From Candidatus Methylacidiphilales bacterium (GTDB taxonomy: Bacteria > Verrucomicrobiota > Verrucomicrobiia > Methylacidiphilales > JAAUTS01): a DNA stretch of 64,000 nucleotides. The stretch covers positions 2,360 to 66,359 of the forward strand of contig JAQTNW010000015.1 of the NCBI GenBank assembly GCA_028713655.1. Direction: 5' to 3'. Below, in pieces: positions 1-8,853 of this stretch (its first letter is position 1; each line of letters opens with the position of its first letter). The position numbers and the translations under genes were made by a program. The notes beneath the pieces were generated by a model. The model saw nothing but the letters and a program-made list of their open reading frames with translations, did no database searches and had not been told where the DNA came from.

Positions 1-570
1 CCGATGCGCATCCTTGCGTGAAGCGGGCGAACTGATCCAGCGGCCTTTGCTTTCCCCCCTAACCTTTGGAAGTGCGAGCTTTCCGTCAAGGGTCAGGGCC
101 GCCTTTGCCAGAACCCAGGGTTTCCCGGTTCTGATCCAGTGATTGAAGGCGCGGTTCAGATGCAGGCATTCTGTTTTTAGAATGCCGTGTTCGACCTGGA
201 TGTCCGCCTTGCGCAGGATGCGAAACGCCCGCCCGGCGTGCGCGGGATTCGGATCGGTGGCGCCAACTACGACGCGCTTGAATTTTTCGCGGATCAAGGC
301 TTCGGTGCAGGGCGGGGTGCGTCCGTGCGTGCAGCAGGGTTCCAACGTGACGTACAGCGTTGAGCCTTGGACGCGGTGGCCGTGGCGCCGGGCATCGCGG
401 ATGGCTTCGATTTCCGCGTGAGCTTTCCCGGCCTGTTTGTGCCAGCCCTGGCCCAGCAGCTTCCCATTTTTGACAATGACCGCGCCGACACAGGGGTTCG
501 GGCTCGTCCGGCCCAGACCCTTGCGCGCCAGATCCAGCGCGAGGCGCATCCATTTTTCGTCAGGATTCAT
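1..570 (-). CDS. ribD: Riboflavin biosynthesis protein RibD (pyrimidine deaminase/reductase); N-terminal 190 aa, runs off the left edge
   Basis: Hand translation of the minus strand from ATG 570..568: MNPDEKWMRLALDLARKGLGRTSPNPCVGAVIVKNGKLLGQGWHKQAGKAHAEIEAI...TLYVTLEPCCTHGRTPPC. These are the zinc deaminase motifs HAE and PCxxC. Absent from the ORF track because it is edge-truncated. Confidence 0.85.
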   Translation of the reverse strand, partial: MNPDEKWMRLALDLARKGLGRTSPNPCVGAVIVKNGKLLGQGWHKQAGKAHAEIEAIRDARRHGHRVQGSTLYVTLEPCCTHGRTPPCTEALIREKFKRVVVGATDPNPAHAGRAFRILRKADIQVEHGILKTECLHLNRAFNHWIRTGKPWVLAKAALTLDGKLALPKVRGESKGRWISSPASRKDAHR

Positions 571-774
571 CTTCGGATATCAAAGCTAGAGTTTGGCCGC
601 GAAAAGGCGCAAAACACGCAAAAATTGAACAGAAGGCTTTTCACAAAGAGATCACGGAGTTTGTTTGAGGTTTTAAACCCCTTCTGAACCTCTGCGTTCT
701 CTGTGTGAAAATGTGCTCCTTTCTTCTGGTGACGAGCCATCAGTATCGTTATACAAGCACAAAGGAACCGCACC

Positions 775-1317
775 ATGACAATCTCCAAATCGAAGATCAA
801 ACGCCTCTCACCCGCCGAAGCCAAACGCCAGCAGCGTACAGCCCTCCTGCTTGATGTCCGCACGCCTGCGGAATTCGAGGAGGTTCATATTCCCGGATCG
901 GTTTTGCACCCGCTCGGCAATCTCAACCCGGACGAGGTAAAAAAACTCGCCGCGGGCAAGAAGGCCTGCATCGTGATTTGCAAGTCCGGCATGCGATCGG
1001 GCCAGGCGGCCGAGAAATTGAAAAAGAGCGCCTTGCGCGGCTTGATGGTGCTTGAAGGCGGAGTGACCGCATGGGAAGCGGCCGGCCTGCCGCTGAATCG
1101 CGGACGGAAAACCATCTCGCTCGAACGCCAGGTGCGCATCGCGGCGGGGGCCTTGGTGCTCGCGGGCGCATTGCTCGGTTATTTCGTGAATCCGCTCTGG
1201 ATCGCGCTTCCCGGTTTTGTCGGCGCGGGCCTCATTTTTGCGGGCATCACCGATACCTGCGGGATGGGAATGCTCCTCGCGCGGATGCCGTGGAATAACG
1301 GCTGCTGTTGCCGATGA
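775..1317 (+). CDS. Rhodanese-domain sulfurtransferase fused to a YgaP/DUF2892-like C-terminal membrane segment
   Basis: 180 aa. Rhodanese fold pattern (LLDVRTPAEFEEVHIPGS) and active-site loop CKSGMRSGQAA. Two hydrophobic C-terminal helices with GITDTCGMG. Confidence 0.8.
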   Translation: MTISKSKIKRLSPAEAKRQQRTALLLDVRTPAEFEEVHIPGSVLHPLGNLNPDEVKKLAAGKKACIVICKSGMRSGQAAEKLKKSALRGLMVLEGGVTAWEAAGLPLNRGRKTISLERQVRIAAGALVLAGALLGYFVNPLWIALPGFVGAGLIFAGITDTCGMGMLLARMPWNNGCCCR

Positions 1318-1434
1318 AGCATTTTATCCTGGATATCCGTTTCGCGCCGCCAAGTGGTTGCTTGTTTTAACTAAAGAATGCGTTTTTGGTTTTGTTTTGC
1401 GTCCATGGCGTGCTTTGCGCGAGGAATGCGCTAT

Positions 1435-2289
1435 TCATGATGTGGGCTGGGCAAAAAAGCGCGACACGTAAGCCTTCGGGTCAAATTCCCGGAAATCATC
1501 CAGGCCTTCGCCGGACCCGATAAAAACCGGGTCGATCTTGTGCTCGGCCTTGATGGCGGCAATGGCCCCGCCCTTGGATGAGCTGTCGAGCTTGGTCACG
1601 ATCAATCCGGTCAAATTCAGGAAGCTGTGAAACTGCCGGGCCTGTTCGACGGCGTTGTTGCCATTGGTTCCGTCCAGGACGAGCAGGATCTCATGCGGGG
1701 CGTCCGGGATCAGTTTTTGGATGACGCGTTTCACCTTTTCCAGTTCACGCATCAGGTTTTCCTTGTTATGCAACCGGCCCGCGGTGTCGATCAGAACCAG
1801 ATCGGCGTTTTCGCGCTTGGCATTTTCCAGCCCCTGATACGCCGCCGCCGCAGGGTCGCCGTTTTCCTTCCCGGCGAAAAATCCAGAACCGGTGCGGTCG
1901 GCCCAAACCTTCAGTTGATCGATGGCAGCGGCGCGGAAAGTGTCGGCGGCGATGAGGTGAACCTTCTTTCCAGTCTTTTGGTAGTGATGGGCCAGCTTGG
2001 CGATCGAGGTGGTTTTGCCGGTCCCGTTCACGCCGACAATCAGCCACACGGACATCTTGCCGGGCTGGACGAAGAGTTGGCGGGGAGGTGTTGGCCAAAG
2101 GCCCAAAATGGACTGCGCGGCGGCTTCGGAAACGGTTTCGCGGGAAAGCGGGCTTTCTTTCAGGCTTTTTAAAATGGAGTGGGTGAGAGGCAGACCGAGG
2201 TCGGATTGAATGAGGACCGCTTCAAGGTCGTCCCACTCGATTTTTCCGCCCTTGGCCTGGGCGATCCATTTTTTAAAAACGCTGAGCAT
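1435..2289 (-). CDS. ftsY: Signal recognition particle receptor FtsY (short form, NG domain only)
   Basis: 284 aa. GVNGTGKTTSIAKLA P-loop, DTAGRLHNK and TKLDSSSKGG motifs of SRP GTPases. Confidence 0.92.
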   Translation of the reverse strand: MLSVFKKWIAQAKGGKIEWDDLEAVLIQSDLGLPLTHSILKSLKESPLSRETVSEAAAQSILGLWPTPPRQLFVQPGKMSVWLIVGVNGTGKTTSIAKLAHHYQKTGKKVHLIAADTFRAAAIDQLKVWADRTGSGFFAGKENGDPAAAAYQGLENAKRENADLVLIDTAGRLHNKENLMRELEKVKRVIQKLIPDAPHEILLVLDGTNGNNAVEQARQFHSFLNLTGLIVTKLDSSSKGGAIAAIKAEHKIDPVFIGSGEGLDDFREFDPKAYVSRFFAQPTS

Positions 2290-2295
2290 CTCGTT

Positions 2296-2326
2296 AGTTT
2301 TAAGTCTTAAGTTTGTAAGTTTTAAG
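2296..2326 (-). repeat. 31-nt AT-rich word array, exact copy of 62274-62304, 6 nt upstream of the ftsY ATG
   Basis: See the partner entry. A related array (cttaaaac ttaacac ttaacac) sits at 2921-2948 upstream of nusB and overlaps the ribH 3-prime end. Confidence 0.95.
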
Positions 2327-2433
2327 CGAAGTCACGAAGATTTTATCCGCAGATTAAAAGGATTCACACAGATTCAAATTTTTAAGGTTTATTCCGTGTT
2401 CTCTGTGGCTTTGTGAGAATTTTTCTTTCGCGC

Positions 2434-2916
2434 CTAGCGTCTCGCGCCCCGCTGCTCGCGACGTATGGCGGAGTTTGCGTTAATGATTTGCGTCGGCCCG
2501 CGGGCCGGGCGGTCCAGATCCTTGCAGGCCCGGTCGAGAATGCCGTTCACGAAACGCCCGGATTCATCGGTGCTGATCTGTTTGGCGATTTCAATGGCTT
2601 CGTTGATGGAAACCACCGGCGGGACTTCGGGGCAGTGATGCATTTCGTACAGGGCCAGCCGCAGAATGCTCCGGTCCACGGCCGCCATTCGGTTTAAATT
2701 CCAGTTTTGCGCGTATTTTTTGATCAACTCATCGAGTTGCTCATAATGTTCCAGCACGCCGCGGATGGAGGGCAGGGCGAGCTTTTGCAACGCAGGCGCG
2801 GCTTCGGTCAGCTCCCAGAAATCGGACAGGCTTTGTTCCAAGTCCTGTTGGGCCCCGACTTCACGCTGGTATAAAAATTGCACGGTCAGGAGCCGTGCGT
2901 CGCGACGTTTGCCCAT
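2434..2916 (-). CDS. nusB: Transcription antitermination factor NusB
   Basis: 160 aa. NusB-type sequence (RDARLLTVQFLYQ...RLALYEM...INEAIEIAK). Classical position after ribH. Confidence 0.9.
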   Translation of the reverse strand: MGKRRDARLLTVQFLYQREVGAQQDLEQSLSDFWELTEAAPALQKLALPSIRGVLEHYEQLDELIKKYAQNWNLNRMAAVDRSILRLALYEMHHCPEVPPVVSINEAIEIAKQISTDESGRFVNGILDRACKDLDRPARGPTQIINANSAIRREQRGARR

Positions 2917-2925
2917 AGGAAAGTG

Positions 2926-3363
2926 TTAAGTGTTAAGTTTTAAGCAAGACAACGCGGCACGGGCGGCTTCTGTGCCGCGATTCAGTTTTTTGCCAAAGCA
3001 GCGTTCGCGCGCCTGTTTTTCGTTTTGCACACTAAGAACCTGGTGGATGACGGGCTTTTCAAATTCCAGCGAGAGATTCATCAGGGCGCGGGACACTTCC
3101 TGGCCGATCAGTCCCGCATGGGCTGTTTTGCCCTGCCAGATCAGGCCCAGTGCGATCACCGCGCTGATTTTTTTGTTTTTCAACAGGCTTTTGGCGGCCA
3201 GGGGGATTTCAAATGATCCCGGAACGCGCAGCACGGTGATGGAACAGCCCTTCAGTCCGTTGATGCAGTTTTGCAGCAAGGCGTCCACGAATTCGCCGTT
3301 GAAGCGGCTGGCGACGATCCCGATATGCAAATTCTTTTTCATTGGGCGTTTCCAAAAAGCCAT
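2926..3363 (-). CDS. ribH: 6,7-dimethyl-8-ribityllumazine synthase
   Basis: 145 aa. IGIVASRFN...VPGSFEIP...AVIALG pattern of lumazine synthase. Abuts the ribBA stop. Confidence 0.9.
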   Translation of the reverse strand: MAFWKRPMKKNLHIGIVASRFNGEFVDALLQNCINGLKGCSITVLRVPGSFEIPLAAKSLLKNKKISAVIALGLIWQGKTAHAGLIGQEVSRALMNLSLEFEKPVIHQVLSVQNEKQARERCFGKKLNRGTEAARAALSCLKLNT

Positions 3364-4596
3364 TTACAGGGAATGCCCCAGTTTCAGCTTCTTGGCCCGG
3401 AGATATTTTTTGTTGTGTTTGTTTGCCTTGACCCGGATCGGCACCCGGTCCACCAGCTCGAGCCCGTAACCGGAGAGGCCGACGACCTTTTTGGGGTTGT
3501 TGGTCAGGATGCGCATTTTGCGGACGCCGAGGTCGTAAAGAATCTGGGCGCCGAGGCCGTATTCGCGGAGGTCGGGGCCGAAGCCTAACTTCACATTGGC
3601 TTCAACTGTGTCGTAACCCTGTTCCTGCAGTTTGTAGGCGTGGATCTTGGCAGGCAGGCCGATGCCCCGGCCTTCCTGGCGCATGTACACAAGCACGCCG
3701 CTTCCCGCCCGCGAAATCAAAGTCAGGGCATCGTGAAGCTGGTTGCCGCAGTCACAGCGGCGGGAGCCAAAGACATCGCCCGTCAGACACTCGCTGTGGA
3801 CGCGCACCAGCGTGGGTTTTTTGGGGTTGATCCTGCCTTTCACCAGCGCGAGATGATGGGAGTTGTCGAGAATGGAGCGATAGAGATGGAGGTTGAATTT
3901 TCCGTAGTCGGTCGGCAGCTCGACGATTTCCTCGCAGGTGATAAGCCGTTCCGTGCGGCGGCGATATCCGATCAGGTCCTGGATGGTGGCGATCTTGAAT
4001 TTGTGTTCGCCCGCCAGTTTCAAAAGCTCGGGCACGCGCGCCATGGTGCCGTCTTCGTTCAGGATCTCGCAGATGACGGCGGAAGGGTCGAGCCCGGCCA
4101 GCTTGGCGAGATCCACCGCCGCTTCCGTGTGGCCCGCGCGCTGCAACACGCCGCCGCTCTTGGCCTGCAGGGGAAAAATATGGCCGGGCTGGACGAGGTC
4201 CCTGGGCTTGGATTTGGCGCTGGCCAGGATTTTGACGGCAGCCGCGCGGTCGTGGGCGCTGATGCCGGTGGCCACTCCATGGGCCGCATCCACCGAGACG
4301 GTGAAATCCGTTTTAAAGGTTTCGCGGTTTTCCAGCACCATGCGCTGGAGGCCGAGTTGGGCGGCGCGCTCATGGGTGATGGGGGCGCAGATCAGTCCGC
4401 GCGCGTGCTGGGCCATGAAATTGATGGAAGCGGGAGTGGCCTTTTGCGCGGCCATGATGAGGTCGCCCTCGTTTTCGCGGTCGGCGTCATCGGTCATGAT
4501 GACCATGCGTCCGTTTCGAATGTCGGCAATGACTTCTTCGATCGGATCGAACTTTGTTTTTGCGCTGGCAGCCTTGCTTTTCATGTCAGAGAACAA
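3364..4596 (-). CDS. ribBA: Bifunctional 3,4-dihydroxy-2-butanone-4-phosphate synthase / GTP cyclohydrolase II
   Basis: 410 aa. DHBP synthase N-half (DDADRENEGDL, HTEAAVDLAKLAG) and GCH-II C-half (HSECLTGDVFGSRRCDCG). Codon 4596 is TTG; ATG at 4584 (MKSK...) is an alternative start. Confidence 0.92.
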   Translation of the reverse strand: MFSDMKSKAASAKTKFDPIEEVIADIRNGRMVIMTDDADRENEGDLIMAAQKATPASINFMAQHARGLICAPITHERAAQLGLQRMVLENRETFKTDFTVSVDAAHGVATGISAHDRAAAVKILASAKSKPRDLVQPGHIFPLQAKSGGVLQRAGHTEAAVDLAKLAGLDPSAVICEILNEDGTMARVPELLKLAGEHKFKIATIQDLIGYRRRTERLITCEEIVELPTDYGKFNLHLYRSILDNSHHLALVKGRINPKKPTLVRVHSECLTGDVFGSRRCDCGNQLHDALTLISRAGSGVLVYMRQEGRGIGLPAKIHAYKLQEQGYDTVEANVKLGFGPDLREYGLGAQILYDLGVRKMRILTNNPKKVVGLSGYGLELVDRVPIRVKANKHNKKYLRAKKLKLGHSL

Positions 4597-4679
4597 ATCA
4601 GAGAACCGGAAACATTAAACCATGACCTGATTTGAATCCACAGGATTTTTTGAGGGTTTGCTGAGAACTGCGCCGGAAC

Positions 4680-5120
4680 CTATTTGGTGTGTTTGAGCAA
4701 GGGATTGCGCCACCTGAGGCCGGGAAAGCGGGCAAAATCTCCATCTGCGGAATAGAGTTCACAGCCATGTTCAATGGCCAAAGCGGCTAAGGCGGCATCG
4801 GCAATCAAATTCCCGGTGGCTTGAGTTTCGATTAGGAGACTTGTAAAAATCTGCCGATGAGCCGAAGTGGGTTGAAGCAATTGAACACAGGGTTGGGCCA
4901 GCCACGAGTCGATGATTTTCAGCGCATCAGCAAGCGACAAGTAGGCGGGTGACAAGCGGGGGTTGGTTGTAATGCGCAGGAAGGCGTGCAAGGTGGGCCA
5001 GGAAAGTGCCAGGGGAGAAATGCCACTCAACTGCAGGTCCCACCAAGTGCGGGATTTTTCATGATAGGGCGACTGCGAATCCACTGCATAAATCAGCAGG
5101 TTGGCATCGACGAGAATCAC
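4680..5120 (-). CDS. vapC: PIN-domain toxin, VapC family
   Basis: 146 aa. Starts MILVDANLLIYA (PIN acidic residue context), with a downstream D..A.AL.HG..L.S.D motif. 4-nt overlap with the upstream small gene. Confidence 0.8.
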   Translation of the reverse strand: MILVDANLLIYAVDSQSPYHEKSRTWWDLQLSGISPLALSWPTLHAFLRITTNPRLSPAYLSLADALKIIDSWLAQPCVQLLQPTSAHRQIFTSLLIETQATGNLIADAALAALAIEHGCELYSADGDFARFPGLRWRNPLLKHTK

Positions 5121-5356
5121 TTGTAGTCATCTCCTTCGGCGGCAGCGATCCAGTCAGCGACGCTATGGCCCTGGAGTTTGAATCCAAAAGCATGTGACTT
5201 TGTTTTATACGGTTTGGCTTGGATGGGTTGGGCCAGTTTTTCCAGGCCGATGCGGAGGGCTTCATTGACCACCGTTTTGGTGGGCTTTTTCAGCTTGGCG
5301 GTGCAGTTGGACAACTTGGCCGCCACGTCGGGCTCCAACGTCAAGGTGGTTCTCAT
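5117..5356 (-). CDS. VapB-type antitoxin (small DNA-binding partner of the PIN toxin)
   Basis: 79 aa. Begins MRTTLTLEPDVAAKL, typical of small antitoxins. Its stop overlaps the vapC start. Confidence 0.65.
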   Translation of the reverse strand: MRTTLTLEPDVAAKLSNCTAKLKKPTKTVVNEALRIGLEKLAQPIQAKPYKTKSHAFGFKLQGHSVADWIAAAEGDDYK

Positions 5357-5404
5357 GAAGACATCATGATGCTTTTATAATAAACGTCAAGATGTCTATA
5401 TTAA

Positions 5405-5572
5405 TCATGACCTCTTGCAGATAAAACGTCTTCCTGAAACTGCTGTTCGCCTCGCATGACATACACGATGTAAACCGTGTTGTGTGATCAAGACAGGTTC
5501 CTGATCGTTTGAAAGCCGGGAGATCACATCGGTGGCCTTCCGTTTGAGGGTAGTCACCAGTTCGGTTCGCAT
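5405..5572 (-). pseudogene. Frameshifted Phd/YefM-like antitoxin remnant with no toxin partner
   Basis: Hand translation gives MRTELVTTLKRKATDVISRLSNDQEPVLITQHG, then nonsense. The +1 frame continues TVYIVYVMRGEQQFQEDVL. No cognate toxin ORF follows. Confidence 0.3.
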
Positions 5573-5616
5573 GATGTGATACTAAAGTGGCACTGTGGGC
5601 AGGCCAAGCGTTTTGT

Positions 5617-5671
5617 ATCCCCTCTATAAAGAGGGGCGGAAAGGTCGCCGCAGTGACCGCTTCGGGGTGTG
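5617..5671 (+). repeat. 55-nt hairpin-containing element (CCCCTCT-loop-AGAGGGG ... CGCTTCGGGGTGTG); inverted copy at 14390-14444
   Basis: The ends are identical and the centre is variable (roughly three quarters identity by eye). Confidence 0.8.
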
Positions 5672-5756
5672 TTTCTTCTGGATTGCCGCGTCGTCAGGCA
5701 GGGCCGAATGTGGCGATCCATGTTTTGGGCTGAGACAAGGTCGTCTCTCCATCTCG

Positions 5757-8555
5757 TTAAAGCAGCGTTTTGACTTTTGCCAGCGCTGCAGAAATGTTTT
5801 CCGGCTGGGTGCCGCCGCCCTGGGCCAGGTCCGGTTTGCCGCCGCCCTTGCCGCCGACCAGCGGAGCGATTTCCTTGATGATGTTGCCCGCCTGGATTTT
5901 TGAAACCAGATCGGGCGAAACCGAGGCGATGAGCCCCACGCGCCCGCCGCTGTGGAAGGCCAGCACGGCCACGCCTTTCCAGGATTTTTTCAACTCGCCG
6001 ACAGCCAGCGGCAAAATCGCGGCGTCGGCTTCGCCGATGTCATGGGTGAGCAGGGAAATCCCGTTGATGGTTTCAGCCTTTGCAATCCATGCGGGAACCT
6101 CGGAAGAAAGCCGGCGTTGCAATCCCGCCTGCTTGTCCTTGGCCTGTTCCTTCTCGAACTCGCGAATTTCGGATTTGAGATTTTCGACGGCCGACTGGTT
6201 GTTAAGAAAATTTTTCCAGGATTCGATTGGATCTGAAGCCAAGCCAGCGAGTTTCAGGGTTTTGCCGGATTTTTGCAGAAGCGCGGCGAGTTCTTCGCTT
6301 TGTTTTGCAAAGGCAGGCTCCAGATAGTTGTGAATCGCCCCACCGGAAACAGCCTCGATGCGTCTCACGCCCGCGGCAATGGCGCCTTCGGACACAATGC
6401 GGAACGGGCCTATTTCGGCGGTATTGCGCACATGTGTGCCGCCGCAGAGTTCCATGGAATAACCGTCGAGTTTACCGGGTGTGCCGCCGATTTGCACCAC
6501 GCGCACAACTTCCCCGTATTTGTCGCCGAAGAATTGCATGATATCGTTGCGGCCCTTGATGTCGGCGTGCTTCACCTCGGTCCAGGAAACGGGTGCGTTT
6601 TCAAGGATGCGTTGGTTGACCAGTTCCTCGACCTTGCGGGTTTGTTCGGGCGTGAGCGCCGCGCTGTTGAAGTCGAAGGTGAGTTTTTCCCCGCTGACGA
6701 AGGAACCCTTTTGGGAAATGTCGCGGCTGACCACTTCGTGCAGCGCCCAGTGCAGCAGGTGCGTGACGCTGTGGTGCGATTGGATGGCCGCGCGGCGATT
6801 TTTATCAACAGTTAGTGTGACATTTAAGTCGCTACCCATGGGAAGAACCAGATTAGTTTCATCTTCAGAAGGATGATGTAAATAGATGCCAGCACCGACT
6901 TTTGTTGTGTTGGCAATTTTAACTATTTTCTGTGTGCCATCAGATTTAATGAAAGTTGCTGTGCCAGAATCACCAACTTGGCCGCCCATTTCGGCGTAAA
7001 ATGGGGTTTTTTTGAAAATAAAAAAACCATCACCTCCGCGAATTTTTCCAAGTTCTGTTTTAACCTCTAATATATCGTAGCCTACAAATTCAGTTGCACG
7101 CTCGTCCGCAAAATCAGCAACTGTGGAGATGATTGTTTTTTTTCGGGCTGCACGTGCGCGGTTGCGTTGCTGTTCCATTAAGTGATCGAAACCACATGCG
7201 TCAACTGTCACGCCACACTCACGGGCTTTAAGTTGAGTAAGATCTAAGGGGAATCCATAGGTATCGTGTAGCTTAAAGGCTAATTGTCCTGGAATTGGCC
7301 TTTCGTCTTTTCTGCTAATGGAAATAGCTTCGTTCAAAATAGACATGCCGCTTTCGAGATTTTTCAAAAATGCATGCTCTTCTGTTTCAATAATTTCAGC
7401 AATCCGATCTTGTTTAGCTGCTAGATTCGGGAAAGCGTTGCGGAACGCGCTAACTACAGTTGGGACTAGACGGTGTAAGATTGTTGTCGATCCTGCTTGT
7501 TCATAAACAAAAGCCATTGCTCGTCTAAGAATTTTTCGGATGACATAATTACGCTCGTCATTTCCTGGTAAAATGTCGTCAGATATAGCAAAAGTAAGTG
7601 TTCTAATGTGGTCTGCAATTACTCTATAAAAAACGTCAATCCTTTCTTGTTTCGTGTCACCAGTGGACCCGGCTCTGGGCAGGGTATTGCCGTATGTCCT
7701 GCCGGAGATCTTTTCCAATTCGCGGAAGATGGGTTCAAACACATCGGTCTCGTAATTGGAGATGCGGGCGTTTTTGAAGTCAGAAAAGTTTTTTGTGCCT
7801 TGGATGATGGAGCAAACACGCTCGAAACCCATGCCGGTATCGACATGTCGGGCGGGTAAAGGCGAGAACGTGCCGTCCGGGTTTGCGTTGAATTGGATGA
7901 AGACCAGGTTCCAAATTTCGATGCAACGCGCGTCGCCGGAGTTGACGAGGGAACCTTTGGTATCGCCGTCCGGTGTGAGATCGACATGCAGTTCCGAGCA
8001 GGGACCGCAGGGGCCGGTGTCGCCCATCATCCAGAAATTGTCTTTTTTGTTTCCGTTGACGATGTGGACCTTGGGATCGAGTCCCGCCTTCTTGAACAAC
8101 GCAGCCCAGATATCGTGCGCTTCCTGGTCGAATTCAGAGGGATCGCCCTTGGATTTATCCGGACTATAAACCGTTGCGTAGAGGCGGTTGGCTGGAAATT
8201 TCCAGCGTTCCACGACCAGTTCCCAAGCCCATTCGATGGCCTCCTTTTTGAAGTAATCGCCAAAGCTCCAGTTGCCGAGCATTTCAAAAAAGGTGTGGTG
8301 ATAAGTGTCGAGGCCGACGTCCTCGAGGTCGTTGTGTTTGCCTCCGGCGCGGATGCACTTCTGGGTGTCGGCGGCGCGGGCGGGTTTGTAGGGACAGGCT
8401 TTTTCAGCCAGAAAGATGGGCACGAACTGGTTCATGCCGGCGTTGGTGAAGAGCAAGTTGGGCGAGTCCGGCATCAGGCTGGATGACGGGACGATCGTGT
8501 GCTGCTTTTCCTTGAAAAAATCAAGAAAGCTTTGCCGGATTTCAGCGGAGGTCAT
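5757..8555 (-). CDS. alaS: Alanyl-tRNA synthetase
   Basis: 932 aa. Class II core (FTNAGMNQF, GGKHNDLE), editing-domain HSVTHLLHWAL and C-terminal DHHA1-like GGGKPDLAQGGG. Confidence 0.95.
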   Translation of the reverse strand: MTSAEIRQSFLDFFKEKQHTIVPSSSLMPDSPNLLFTNAGMNQFVPIFLAEKACPYKPARAADTQKCIRAGGKHNDLEDVGLDTYHHTFFEMLGNWSFGDYFKKEAIEWAWELVVERWKFPANRLYATVYSPDKSKGDPSEFDQEAHDIWAALFKKAGLDPKVHIVNGNKKDNFWMMGDTGPCGPCSELHVDLTPDGDTKGSLVNSGDARCIEIWNLVFIQFNANPDGTFSPLPARHVDTGMGFERVCSIIQGTKNFSDFKNARISNYETDVFEPIFRELEKISGRTYGNTLPRAGSTGDTKQERIDVFYRVIADHIRTLTFAISDDILPGNDERNYVIRKILRRAMAFVYEQAGSTTILHRLVPTVVSAFRNAFPNLAAKQDRIAEIIETEEHAFLKNLESGMSILNEAISISRKDERPIPGQLAFKLHDTYGFPLDLTQLKARECGVTVDACGFDHLMEQQRNRARAARKKTIISTVADFADERATEFVGYDILEVKTELGKIRGGDGFFIFKKTPFYAEMGGQVGDSGTATFIKSDGTQKIVKIANTTKVGAGIYLHHPSEDETNLVLPMGSDLNVTLTVDKNRRAAIQSHHSVTHLLHWALHEVVSRDISQKGSFVSGEKLTFDFNSAALTPEQTRKVEELVNQRILENAPVSWTEVKHADIKGRNDIMQFFGDKYGEVVRVVQIGGTPGKLDGYSMELCGGTHVRNTAEIGPFRIVSEGAIAAGVRRIEAVSGGAIHNYLEPAFAKQSEELAALLQKSGKTLKLAGLASDPIESWKNFLNNQSAVENLKSEIREFEKEQAKDKQAGLQRRLSSEVPAWIAKAETINGISLLTHDIGEADAAILPLAVGELKKSWKGVAVLAFHSGGRVGLIASVSPDLVSKIQAGNIIKEIAPLVGGKGGGKPDLAQGGGTQPENISAALAKVKTLL

Positions 8556-8623
8556 AAGGGAAAAACGGTAGGGAATCTGGGCGGGATGACAATCTCTGAA
8601 ACAGCGCGTAGAAGCAGATTTTT

Positions 8624-8651
8624 ACCGCAGAGGCGCAGAGAACGCAGAGGA
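8624..8651. repeat. Arm 1 of a perfect 28-nt inverted repeat (ACCGCAGAGGCGCAGAGAACGCAGAGGA); partner 8812-8839
   Basis: The exact reverse complement was verified base by base. The arms are 160 nt apart in the alaS/bufC intergenic region. Confidence 0.95.
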
Positions 8652-8811
8652 GAAGAAAAAAATCAAAATACATTCCTGGGGTTAAAACAAAACAAGTCAG
8701 TCTGTATATTAAGAAGATTCAGCAGATTTTTAGAACCCAAATATTTTGTTCAACTTTTGCTCCCTTTTGCTGCAAATCCTTTGTTCGTGATTTTCGTGGG
8801 GAAAACAGTTT

Positions 8812-8839
8812 TCCTCTGCGTTCTCTGCGCCTCTGCGGT
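8812..8839. repeat. Arm 2 of the perfect 28-nt inverted repeat; 8813-8842 also matches 30571-30600 at 28/30
   Basis: tcctctgcgttctctgcgcctctgcggt. Confidence 0.95.
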
Positions 8840-8853
8840 GAATAGCTGCTTGG

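Noticed and set aside
571-774. FMN riboswitch upstream of ribD; 4597-4679 upstream of ribBA was also checked
   Set aside because: I could not find the conserved FMN-element core strings. Both gaps are occupied by word-array repeats, and the ribBA gap is too short (83 nt). A covariance-model scan would be decisive.
3640-4635. 331-aa plus-strand ORF
   Set aside because: It is entirely antisense to ribBA, which has full-length conserved motifs. Its translation is Ala/Gly/Arg/His-rich with no motif, the usual shadow ORF of GC-rich coding DNA.
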